The notes under the pieces are model-generated. The model saw only the letters and a program-made list of their open reading frames with translations. It made no database searches and was not told the origin of the DNA. Positions 53,096-64,000 of a stretch of 64,000 nucleotides of DNA are shown here, piece after piece. The position numbers were made by a program, and so were the translations under genes. The stretch's first letter is position 1. Each line of letters opens with the position of its first letter. Location: assembly GCA_030704615.1 (NCBI GenBank), contig CM060733.1:55738001-55802000 (forward strand). Direction: 5' to 3'. This stretch comes from Takakia lepidozioides (Eukaryota; Plantae; Bryophyta).

Positions 53096-53900
53096 GCCTC
53101 TACCTTAGTCTGCTGTACCCCCAATCCTCCAGGATATATCATGTGACCCAGATACTCAATCTGGTTGTGGAAAAACTTGCACTTCCCCGGATGCAACTTC
53201 AATCCGTGCACTCTCAAGCGCTTCAATACCATCTGAAGGTATCTCTCATGCTCCTCCACCGTAGCACTAAAGATGATGATGTTATCTATGTAGCACCGAA
53301 CAAAGTCCACCCCTACTAGAATCGTATTCATGACTCTCTGAAACTCTACAGGAGCATTCTTAAGCCCAAATGGTAAGAACTGCCACTGATATAGGCAATC
53401 CTTGCCATGCTCATTGATCCCCCAGAATGCCGTCTTCTGCTTGTGTGCCTCCTTGATCGGCAACTGGTGATATCTGGATCGTAAATCCAAAGTGCTAAAG
53501 ACCTTCGCATGCCCGATGGCATCAAAGATCTCATCTGGTGTTGGCATGGCATACTTATTGGACTTGGTCTGACGATTTACAGGCCGGTAATCACCGCACA
53601 TACATCTCTCCGTCCAATTGCCATAGACATCCTTCTTGGCTGGCATCACTGTGGCTGAAGCATCCTCTCCACTAGAGAGCTCCACCAAACTTGTCTCCTA
53701 GAGATCTTGAGTCCTCATCTGAATCAAAGACCTCTCCATGTCACTGTATCTATAGGGTCTCCGAAAGATTGGCGTGTCAGTGGCCAACTCAATACGGATC
53801 TCTCGACCCTTCAGTGCTCCCAAGTCCTTCAAACTGAAGGCAAAGCAATTCCTGTAAGCCCTCAGGAACCGCCGTATACGTCGTCTCTCTCCTCCGGTGA
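53096..53900 (-). pseudogene. Element D reverse transcriptase
   Basis: MCGDYRPVN, LDLRSRYHQ, LPFGLKNAP, YIDN (decayed YIDD), KLHPGKC, YLGH. Confidence 0.93.
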
Positions 53901-54289
53901 CAATGGGTCGAATGTCAGGCTTCCAATTATCCTCCGTAACTGTAACCTTAAGTCCAGTGGGCTTAGAGGTAGAGGACGCGTCCAGTGGTTGTTATGTTGC
54001 AACCTCTTGAGCAGTACTCCCTACCTGCTCAGTCAATGACAAGGCCTCATCTTGCCCCATCATCTCATCCTCGAGGACTTCCTCAACCCGAGAAAAATCC
54101 CCAACCTCATCCATCACTGCCACCTTGGCTGCCAACTCCCTCTGAACCTCGAGCACCTCCCACGTGTGCCATGGATGCCTGCACCCCGTGGTCCTCACAT
54201 GCTCGCCCCCACTCACTGCCTGTACCGTCTCGGTAGGCAGAGAGACCAGCGAGGAAAGTGTACTTCGCACTCTGCGTTGCTCAGCCATA

Positions 54290-55230
54290 GCCAAGCTGAT
54301 AATCCAGGTCAAGCAATTGAGATCCATTGCTTGCCCCAACACCTGACGACGTGATGCCTCAGAAAAATAAGACACAACCGTGGTCCCAGTGGAAAAACCC
54401 ATAGCCCGCTCTCGCTCGTCGGCATTAGGCTCCACTAATTGATGCAACTAAGCATCCCACAGGAGGCCAGGTCCACTATCCCGGAAAGCATGCGATCCTG
54501 GGAAGCTGATCAGTGTAGATAGTGCTGCTCGTGGTTGACCAACCTTGTTGACCACTGCCAAAGGCGAACGGTCATCGTGTCTCACACGCTGAGACTGCCT
54601 CCTTGTGTCTAGAATGCTATCCATTGTGAGGTGTGCTGGTCGTTGCACCCCATCAAATGCACGCTTGAGCAGTGCGGGTGACATCAAGTTAATCCACCAT
54701 AACCGTGGACAATGAGCCCGTGACCCCACTGCAGCTGCATCCAGCAACACTGCTGACCCAAACCACGACCGGACTTGATGCACACTGGCCATCACCCTGG
54801 CCCGAGAATCGCCCATCAGTGGCACATTCTCCAAGATGTATGCTGGAGATACAGCTTGATGAAGCTGCAAGTGACGCATACCCGCACCATCTCCCAAAAC
54901 AGACCCGACCTCGAGTCTCGCAATCCATTGCCATGCCCGGCTGATGAATGCCCTTGGCACGGCCAACCTGCCACTACCAAATCAATGGAGCCAACCCGCT
55001 CCAAATCCTGTGCCCCCAGCAACGACATGTCTGCTGATATCCACGAACTGCAGACACCGGCAACAACTCAGGGTACTGCTGCACCAACTAAGCAACATGA
55101 CGAAGTGAAACGCGTCGTGCAATCTCATCCCTCTCTACATACAGGTAACGCTGAACTAGTACACCTGCCTGTAACACAACAGCCAATCCGGTGCTGATCC
55201 CGCCAAACAAGTCCAGAAGACAAATGCCTT
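54290..55230 (-). pseudogene. C5 DNA cytosine methyltransferase domain (DNMT3/DRM-like) within D pol
   Basis: Motif I LDLFGGISTG, II YVERD, IV AGWPCQGHS, RSGLFWEM, VI ILENV, VIII RAHCPRLWWIN, IX ERERAMGF, X RRQVLGQAMD. Contains stops and a frameshift. Confidence 0.93.
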
Positions 55231-55599
55231 CATCCGGACACTCCCACACAATAGGTGTGGTGTCCAATGGAGACAACTAAGGTGGTCCTGGTGCAATCCC
55301 AGCACTCTCCTCCTCTCCTGATGGTACAAAAGCCTCCACCCAGGGTTGTTGCACCTGTTGATCAGCAACCTGCTGCAAATCCTGCCCCACAATGGAGTCT
55401 GAGTAACCATGGTAGGCAATTCCGCCATACCATACATGTCATCTTGCTCTCCCGGAGGTGACACATCCTCAGAATGAGCGTTGCCCTCAAGCAACTCTCC
55501 AGGCCAACTCACTGCAGCTGTGAATGCTGCTAGTGTCGGCATCTTGCCTCGCTGGGCAATCGCAACTCCTCCTATGAACGTCACAGGGAGCTGCACACG

Positions 55600-58065
55600 C
55601 CGGCCCTCCGCTGACTGCCATCCAGGCCCATAGGAAGCTGACTCCTCCTAAAAATTCTAGGGTGAAGCCCATGGGGTACAACATTGCCCCACCAACCAGG
55701 ACATCATACGAGACCGCGTCTGTCACAATGGCCTTGGCTCGCATCACAAAGCCATATGTAGGATGATTCGGCCGTAGTCTGATAGCCAACTCACGCCGTG
55801 TCATGCCGAGTCTGCTCCGATCCTCCCAAAGATGTCTGTGTCTGGAAAAGACAAGGCTTCCATATCTGCCTCCGTGAGGCCCAAGCTTGCAATAACAGCT
55901 CTGCCCAGCATCAACGGCTGAGCTCCTGAGTCCAACAAGACCCTCAGTAGCCGGTACCTCTTGCCTGCCGGTCCACTCAAACAGAAAATACCCTCCTGGT
56001 TGTCTAACATAACAACCCCAGTTGTCACCATGGCGCGCTCAATGGTTGGCCTAGCTGGCAGCTCCATCAACCTGGCAGCTGCAGCTTGCCATGGCGCCAC
56101 TGTGGCAGTCTTCACACTCAAATCCGAGGATCCCTCCGGCACTACACCTCCCGCTATCTCCGCAGATGAAAATAACCCGATCCCCACTCTCACAGAGTGT
56201 AGCTGCCAGTCTGAACACCTCAGCTGGTCTTACCCTTGGCGTCGCAATCATGGTAGCCGAGAACAATGGAGCCTGGCACACAGATGTGGCCGCCCCCAGC
56301 AGCACCGTAGCCTTGGCAACACTAGGTAGTGGTGCTACCCGTGTAGCTCTCCCCAATGGCATAGTAACCTCCGCCTCGGTAACAGTCGGGCGAGAACCAG
56401 GTGCCATGGATGGCGTCGATACTGTCTCCGTCAATGTGAATAACTGAGGAAGCCTGGCCTGACGGCTTGCTTCCCCATGCTGTGGATCCAACTCCACCTC
56501 TGCACCTCGTGGCTCAGAAACTCGTGCTTCTCCTCGCGTCACTGCCGCCGCCGACTCCACTTGCACTAGTGGTAGTGCTGCCCCGCACATGAATCCCATG
56601 CCTCCCATATCTCCTCCCTCAGGAGCTGGAGGTGGACCATCCGGCCTTGGAGCCGGTACCACCTGAGCTGTAGCCATGGCAGCGAGCCTCTGCTCTAGCT
56701 GCTGAAGCCAGTTGGCCATGCCTTGGTCAATACCCTGACCTCCGCGTCCTTGGCCATGTTGAGCTTGCCCTTGGCCTGCACCTCGTGCCTGGCCACCTCG
56801 TCCTCTCTGGGCTGCTCCACCTCGCCCCCGGCCACCATTGTTCCTTTGGACTGGCTTGGGCGCAACTCAGGATGCAAACCATAACACTGGGCCTCTCCAT
56901 GCCCGTGCTTGCCACAATGCCCACACTGCAACTGTGCAGGCTATGCATGTGTCGGCCCTTTGCCTCCCTCCGGGCAATCCTTCTTGACATGGGGTCCTCC
57001 ACATGTCCAACACACCACCTCCACCCATTGTTGGCTTGCAAATGAAGGGAGAGACCCTTGCATCTGAGGTCCTCTCTGTCCTTCCCTGAGCTTCACCTGA
57101 GCCCCCTTGTTGCCTTGAGCACATTGAGGTAGTGGTTGGCTAGGAGCACCACTACCCCGTGGTGTCTCCTTAGCAAATCCCACCATGACCACTCGTTCCT
57201 CCACCATGTTGAGCTCTATCCGCTTTGCCAGCAAAAACACATTTGCTAAGGTGGGTTGGGCCGCTTGTAGGAGGGTTGCATCCCGCACCCTTCTCTTCAG
57301 CTCATTGTCCAATATCCCATACCAGAATTGGACTGCCTGAGCTTCCGTAACCCCTTGGGTTTCATTTATCAAGCGCCTCATGCGAGTGAAAGCCTCCCTC
57401 AAGCTCTCAGTCGGCTTCCGTTGAAACTCTTGCAAGCTCCGCAACTTCTCTGTCCTCACCCCTTGGTAGTTCCCTCTCAACTCTTCGAAGAATTCCACAA
57501 CAGGGTTGAAGGCATACACGGGTACTGGTGCTGGTGCGGCAGTGGCTTGGGTGGACGTTGTAGCTATGATACCACTAGTCCCACTAGTCCCCCTAGTCCC
57601 ACTGCTGCTTGTTGAAGCTGCCGGTGCAGCTACAGGTATAGCCACTGCCCTCGTGGCTCTAGTGCCCCTAGTGATGGAGACATAGTCGGGTGACCAGTAC
57701 ATCCTCCACTCCTCGATCTCAACCTCATGCCCCCGCCTGAACTCATGGTAGTCATCCATAGGCGGCCCCTCAAGGTGCTGAAATAGCCTCTTCCATGCCA
57801 TGAAAGGCGTAAATAGTTGTGGATTGCGCATTTGCTGCAAATCACACCAACTATCAAACTCTTGGATAAAATCATCCAACTCAATGGTGCCCACCGCCCC
57901 AGAGTACCTTCGTGGCCCCTTGGTAGCTCCATACATCTCCTCCATTGTGTCCCACAACAATGGCAAGGAAACAACTTGCACCGCAGGTGTGAGTCCTCCT
58001 GATTCACAATCCGAATCAAAACCTTCCATAGAATACATAGGAGGTGAAGGTAGCCTAAACCGCAT
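55600..58065 (-). pseudogene. Element D gag and protease
   Basis: Gag ORF 56941-58065 (FQRKPTESLREAF; knuckles CWTCGGPHVKKDC and CGHCGKHGHGEAQC). Protease RVLLDSGAQP at ~55915-55945 and YDVLVG. Confidence 0.88.
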
Positions 58066-58879
58066 ACCTCGTCTCGTATACCACTAGTATCGCTAGTGCT
58101 CAAACCGACACTCTCCCCAGCAACTAGTGGCACCTCCGTGTTGACAAACTGACACTCAACCGGTCATGAATATGTCCCTAACCCCCTCTCCACAAGGTAA
58201 CCGGGTAGAGAACCTGTTGCGGCTTATGGTTTGGAATACTAGGTTTCTAACATAGCCTACACCTGCACCTGCATCCACCGCAAGCACTCCTATGGTTGGT
58301 TGGTCATCACCTCCAACCTCACCACAGGAGAAACAATGATGGTCTGACTGGTCATCACCCAGCCTCACCATCGACAGCATGCTCTAGGACTGGCCGGTGA
58401 TCAAATCCGGACCAATCACCTATAAAAACAAGCGCCCGCACAAAACTAACATGACGCACAGTCAAGCATGCAGGTATGGAGGGGATCCAAACACAAGAAA
58501 TCAGAACAACAACTGCCCCACACCAAAAACAACGTCCCCACGGTGTTGCTCCTGCAAGGACATCCTAGCCCAAACCCGGACTGACTCTTGCCTCCACCTA
58601 CGGAAAGGTCTTGGCCTAATGAGAGAGTGGAAAACTACGAGGAAGAGAAACTAAAGCAATGCCTAACCCCAACATGCCCTCATCCCAATACTCTTCCTCT
58701 CCTCTCTTCCCTCACTTGCATGACCATGGGAATATCATGAAGATACTCCTCAAACTGCCCTCCACGAGCTTCAAAATTCGGCCTTCAAGACCACATGCCA
58801 GTCCTTAGGCAGTCCACCAGTGCCTCCACGAGTCAGCACAGGCCGTCCACAGGTCAACACGGGCCACCACAGACTAGCA

Positions 58880-59165
58880 CAAGCCCACACAGATCACTGG
58901 TCACAGCCGTCACAGCCCCACACAGGCCACAGCCCCACAGCCCATCATAGCCCCACAGGCCACAGATCACAGTCTGTCACAGCCCGTCACAGTCCCAAAG
59001 GCTACACGTCACAGTCCGTCACAGCCCCAAAGGCCACAAGGCACAGCCTATCACAACCAGTCACAGTCCGTCACAGCCCCAAAGGCCACAGATCACAGCC
59101 TGTCACAGCCCGTCACAGCCCCAAAGGCCACAGGGCACAGCCTGTCACAGCCCGTCTCAGCCCCA
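58880..59165. repeat. CACAGCC/GTCACAG tandem array in the D 5' leader
   Basis: Many copies of TCACAGCC(C) and CCCCAAAGGCCACA. Confidence 0.9.
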
Positions 59166-59539
59166 TCCATGGCTGCTCATAGCAGTTTAGCCATTTCTCC
59201 AAGGGGTTTAGCCACGCCAAGCTAGGGTTTGTGTCTCTTGGACTCTAGGCTTCTTTGCACCGAGCTATGGTGGCTGTGAGGAAATCAACAAGGTATTCTT
59301 GCTCTTTATGGCTCCCACACACCACCAATAGTAGCTCTAATTCCAAAGGAAGATGTTTGCAACCAAAACTAAGTGCACAAGGTTCCTTTTAACTCACAAA
59401 ACAATGTCATTGATCCCTATGGCGACTAACTAAACATGGCTGACTTCCAGCCTTTGTAGGCACTCATTCACGCGCTTTTCTTGACCATAGTACGTCCCTT
59501 CGCACCTAATCCAGCCCCTGCACCTGCTGCTTCAAGAGT

Positions 59540-60380
59540 TGTGTTCTCTTCAAGCTTGAAGTTGAAACCCCAACTCATATATGCCCTACAAGTGTTTTTT
59601 TTTCACCCCAAGTGGAAACCAGCCCTAGCCCTTCCGTTCTAGCTCTCTAAAGCTTGAAAACAAGAGCCTCAATGGGCTGAAGGCATGATCCACACATGCC
59701 CCACTCTCACCATAAGAGAATCAGCTCCTTTGCTTCCTTTCTTGCACCCACAAAGTTCTTGAAAATACAAGCTTCAGCGGGCTGAAAGCATGCTCCACAC
59801 ATGCCCTACAGGGAAACCAGCCCCTTCCTTCCTTTCTTGCACTCCCAAACCTGAAAGTAGGAGCCTTCAACAGGCTGAAAGCATGCTCCACACATGCATT
59901 GCCCTCACATAAGGGAAGTCAGCCCTTCCCTCTTCCTTGCTTGCCCTCCAAGCTTGAAGATGGAAGCTTCAATGGGCTGAATACATGCTCTACACATGCA
60001 TCCTCTTCACACAAGAGGTAATATCAGCCCCCTATCTTGGCTCCTTGGCTCCTTGATGCTCTCTAAGACAAGACTAAGCACTCCATAGCCTTTGTCAAGC
60101 TCCTGAAACCCTAAGGCTTACATTTCCAGCCACAAGACACTCCTCTTGTGGTGCAAGAGCTCTTTTTCCAAGCTCTGAAACCCTAGGTGCACATTCCATG
60201 GCCTTGCCGCACCTCTTAGCTCCTGTTCCAGCCCTGCTCTTGCCATGGCAAGAGCCCTCATACCGCTGGAGTTTCAGATTGAAACCCCCAACTCAACATA
60301 GCCACAAATGCATTGGCTTGCATACAAGAGAAATCAGCCATCTCTCTTCACTCATACCTCCTTATGAACTTGAAGTTGGA
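59540..60380. repeat. Degenerate ~100-bp tandem repeats in the D 5' leader
   Basis: Recurring CTTCAA.GGGCTGAA.GCATGCTCCACACATGC...TCAGCCC at ~59670, 59772, 59865 and 59967, with related units at ~59560 and 60280. Confidence 0.75.
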
Positions 60381-60668
60381 GCTCCCGATAACTGTGACTT
60401 GCATCTAACACCCTCGCAGCTCCACACTCACCACACTTGGCTGCCATAGCGTTGAGCTATGGCGCAACACTGTTCTTCAACACAGGCTGTCGCCTCTATA
60501 TCCATTGCAAACCTGAAACCTGTTTGCCATCGCACCCTATCCGCTTTGGATAGGCTCATGCACCGATCCCTGCACTCTAAGCTGAGTTGCTTCTCATCTG
60601 AAAACACACAAGTGCTAACCACTAACTCGTATCTAACACTCACAGATACGAGCTCATCTTTCTCGAGT

Positions 60669-60993
60669 GATAAAGAAGAAGAATACAAGCACACGGTCAT
60701 GCGAGCTCACAAAGCTGAAGCATAAACTCATGCATAGATAACCTCATCACTCAAATACAAGTCAAGCCAAGTGCACCCCACGCCATGGGAATCCACACTA
60801 CGGCGCCATAGCTAGACGCGATGAGGCTCAACTCGAGAAAGATGAGCCTCCCGCGCTTGCCGTGAAGATAACCACTCCATGGCCTAAATCTGCCTTGACC
60901 CCTGGATTGACACTTGGGCCAATCCCAAATGTCAATATGTAAAAGCTAGCTATTTTCTAACTAGTTCCACACTAGTGGTGAAATAACTTGACA
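60669..60993 (-). repeat. Element D repeat A1 (5' end, begins TGTCAAG on the minus strand)
   Basis: Direct repeat of 41169-41490; non-homologous sequence begins at 60994 (TCCTC). Confidence 0.93.
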
Positions 60994-63029
60994 TCCTCAA
61001 TCAGCCTCCATGCACCCCTAGTACATGTCATTTTTTCCTCTTGTACAAAGTGGGCTTTCCTAGAGCAATGATTGGCCCTTTATGTGGGAGATTTGGAATT
61101 TCAAATGCTTTTGGTCTTTGAAAATTCGTGAAAAATAGCAAAGTGGATATATCAATATATGAAGCCTCGACATGGGAGATTGCAAAAATAGCAAAGTGGG
61201 CTTTGAGATTGCACTTGGACTTGGGTGACATTGGGCCTTTACATGGGAAATGCACATACATAGGAAATTGCACTTGGGCTTAGATTTCAATTTTTCACAC
61301 ATGGCACATGTTACCATCTCCCAAAAGAGTTGGGTCTCTCGATACATAGGGGATTGTACAACATAGATGACATTGGACACTTGGGCCAACGGCCCATGCT
61401 ACCCTAGTATCTATAAAGCTTGCCAAAAAAAAAAAAAAAAAACAAAAAACCTCTTTCACTCACGAATATCATTTTCCAGAAACAGCAGAAGTGGGATTCA
61501 GATTCAGCGAGGGTGCGCCCTCCCCAGAATGCTTTCTACTTTCTCGCTGCAGCTTCGTGTGAAGAAGGAGGCAATCCGCATCCCTTGTAAGTATGCCATG
61601 CCTTGTGCTTTCCGGTGCTTTCTGCTGTAACAACATACCTATCCAACTGAACTCATCTTTTTTTGGGTTGATCTGAGATGTATGGAGAAAAGATACCATC
61701 TTATTACTTGGCAGTGATTGCATTGGGGGCGGATGATGAGTTGAGGGGAGTACTTAGTGGGGAAGAAGAGCATTGATTGTTTATCACAGAAGCTGGAGTC
61801 ATTTCACTACGATTTGTGCGCATCCTTCTGGGTCGAGTCTATGGCGAGGAATAGCAAGCTCGTGTTCTTGAAACCAATATATTGTGGTGGTTTCATAGTG
61901 AAGCTGCATTGGCAATTGAGAAAAAGATAGACCAAACACCCCTGTCAGCCGTGGTCTAATTGTACTGGTTACAGATACAGTGTAAGATTAACTCCATTCT
62001 TCATCCTGTGAACTCGCAATTCACTAATCAGCATCTCTTTCTTACAATGGCAGTCTTCCAACGGTGACTGACAGGGATTCGTCGCTGCACATTTGATCCG
62101 CCCTCCACTCTTTTGCACAGCCCACAAACGTTGGGAATGTGGTGTTAAACGTACCATTTTGGCAATTGTAGACCAATCAGACATAGAAAGCAGATAGTAA
62201 TGACCGTTTGTATCATGTAGAATTGTATGAAAGAAGAATTAGATTGGATATGAGTGTTTGTGATTATGAAAGAAAGAAGACGGAATTATCATAGAATGTG
62301 GATGGAGACATCGAGTAGAAGGATAGTTGAGTTTGGAGAGAACTGTTGAGGAATTTGGAGGGGTTTGAGAAGATCAGAGATCAACAGATTGGACCTCTAC
62401 CAGGGATGTAGGACTGTGGACCTTGCAGATTCAGAGGTGGTGAGATGTTGCAGAGGGATTGATTGACTGTCACAAACATTCCAGGTATTATATTGAGCGA
62501 TCTTCTTTAGCGAGGGCTTGAAAAGGAAGTGATCATATGTTACTGACGATGGGAGCTATATTGAGAGAATCCTCTAAATCTGGGCCAGTTCTCCAGAAAA
62601 TTTGATAGTTGGGGGCAAGGACTTTTCTGGGGACATTGAGTAGTGGGCAGAGAGAAGACAATTCTGGCACCTGGGTCATTATGGGCTGTACTGTTGGTTC
62701 ACTTCTCTGTGGTTCACAACTCACCAGCCTTTCGGCCTTCTCAAAAGAGGAAGTTGTCAGTATTAAATTCTTGGATGTAATTGCAGCTCCTGAAAGCACT
62801 GTATGATGCTTTTAACAGAGTGCAGAGCAGTTCGGCCTAGATGCGGGCTTAATATTGCCTCCAGGGGCAAATGCAGGAGCGTTTGTCAGGTCAACCCGGT
62901 TTATAGAGTGTTTTATGCTGCTGAACTAGCACATTTGTGGTGATGTCTAAGCCACTATCTTTTGGACGTGTGCTGAGGTGCAGATATTCTTGGAAAAAAG
63001 TTCTGATTTGAAGGCCACACCATTCAAGT

Positions 63030-63976
63030 ATGGCGAAGAGAGATCTGTCCTCCTCATGTGGAGAGGATCTTGATGAGGCCATTGATACTGCCACATCAAG
63101 GGCCTTGTGGGACCCTGCTGCAAGGACCCCCAATGCTCCTGCTAGTGGAACAGAAGATTTGCAACCAAGCAACAAAGCAGCCAGGGAACCCAGCGACATT
63201 GTTGTAGGGGAGGCCTGCAAGGCAGAAGCTCTGCTAAAAGTAGCAGGAGTGGCAGCAGCAGCCATCAGTATCCAACGTATGTATCGGGGCTATCGAACAC
63301 GACGTAAGCTTGCAGACACTGCAGTCATGGCGAAGAGATTTGGCTGGTATTCTTTTTCTTCCCAAACACTCCTGAGCATGCAAGTCTCTATGCTGGTTGT
63401 TCTGGGGAGATCCGGAATCCTTCTTCCTGGTGGCACCCAACCAACTTATTGTTATGGCCATCTGGTCGATTTTCAGAGTTGTATCCAATGTTGGGATTTG
63501 AATCTCCACGTTCTTCATTGATTGTTTTACTACGATGGATTCAACACAAGGCTTGCAACAAGAAAGATTCTACCGGTGCAGGTAGAATTGGATCTGGACA
63601 GGCTGGTGAACTTCCAGGAAAAACCATCAGGTTCAAAGAAGACCTAAGTGACTTGATAGTTGTATCACAGAGAGAAACTTCCAGAGAATTTGTAGCTGTT
63701 CCACTCCGGTCCACTGTTAAAACTAAGATCTGTCAAGACAGGATAGACACCACAAGCTCAAGTGACAAGGGGATACACTATTCAGTGGTATGACCTATAC
63801 AGAAGCCGCTGTCTCCACATGATTAACTCATACTGATGAGTCATGATGGCTGGGGAAACAGGTGGAATGTATTAGAAGCAGCAATGCTGCAACACAACAC
63901 TGCAGAATTCTATGCCTACAACAAAACCCAACATGCTGCTGAGCGCTGGGATCGCATGCAGAAAAAAGCTTCTAAG
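63030..63976 (+). CDS. IQ-motif calmodulin-binding protein, IQM family (exons 63030-63346 and 63862-63976; continues beyond the window)
   Basis: IQ motif AAAISIQRMYRGYRTRRKLAD. A GT..AG intron (63347-63861) joins GW|WNVLEAAML...EFY...AAERWDRMQKKASK, matching the IQM pattern WW.ALDFAAL..SS.SFF...A.SRW.RAR.RAAK. The start codon is uncertain. Confidence 0.85.
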
Positions 63977-64000
63977 GTACCTTCCGTTTGTCTCATCTTC

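Larger units (their letters stand above)
41120..60993 (-). mobile_element. Ty3/Gypsy retrotransposon 'D' encoding a DNA cytosine methyltransferase and a PHD finger; split terminal repeats; 3' end interrupted by the CACTA element
   Basis: Repeat A at 60669-60993 and 41169-41490. Repeat B at 41491-41671 and partially at 41120-41168. PPT at 41672-41680. Gag 58065 through to PHD 41929 on the minus strand. Confidence 0.9.

Noticed and set aside
58820-59182. 120-aa ORF
   Set aside because: It is a translation of the CACAGCC tandem array.
19641-60993. B or D as DIRS/Ngaro tyrosine-recombinase elements
   Set aside because: Both encode a protease and an HHCC-DDE integrase, B has a TSD, and I saw no tyrosine-recombinase ORF. 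This was by eye only; an HMM check is advised.
60668-60993. Solo LTR, or a conventional LTR pair with 41168-41490
   Set aside because: No matching TSD in either reading, no PPT adjacent to 41490, and the B unit recurs beyond 41168.

Overview
Eukaryotic, land-plant-type DNA (PLS-class PPR fragments and an IQM-type gene; a non-seed plant is likely but cannot be established from this window). About 95% is a nested transposon stack. The outermost element is a minus-strand Ty3/Gypsy ('D', 41120-60993) ordered Gag-PR-C5 DNA methyltransferase-RT-RNase H-integrase-PHD finger. A CACTA/EnSpm transposon appears inserted in D's 3' terminal repeat (right TIR ends at 41119, left end outside the window). 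By inference it carries a SET-domain ORF, amplified PPR fragments and a SEC13 fragment. Its transposase is split by a non-chromovirus Gypsy ('A', 4247-32414, TSD ATGAT, long extra 3' ORF), which is in turn split by Gypsy 'B' (19641-30565, TSD TTCC). D is also interrupted by a Tcn1-like chromovirus ('E', 45920-53090, TSD CAATG, holding a solo LTR) and by a terminus-less fragment of family A. A host IQM-like gene begins at about 63030. The most notable result is that B and D are related DDE-integrase Gypsy elements without conventional LTR pairs. Both have split direct repeats (A1-PBS-ORFs-PPT-B1-A2-B2) with a palindromic CA/TG site at the B|A junction, the layout expected if a two-LTR circle is cut internally and then integrated. 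All TE ORFs are degenerate, and some indels and rearrangements may be assembly errors.
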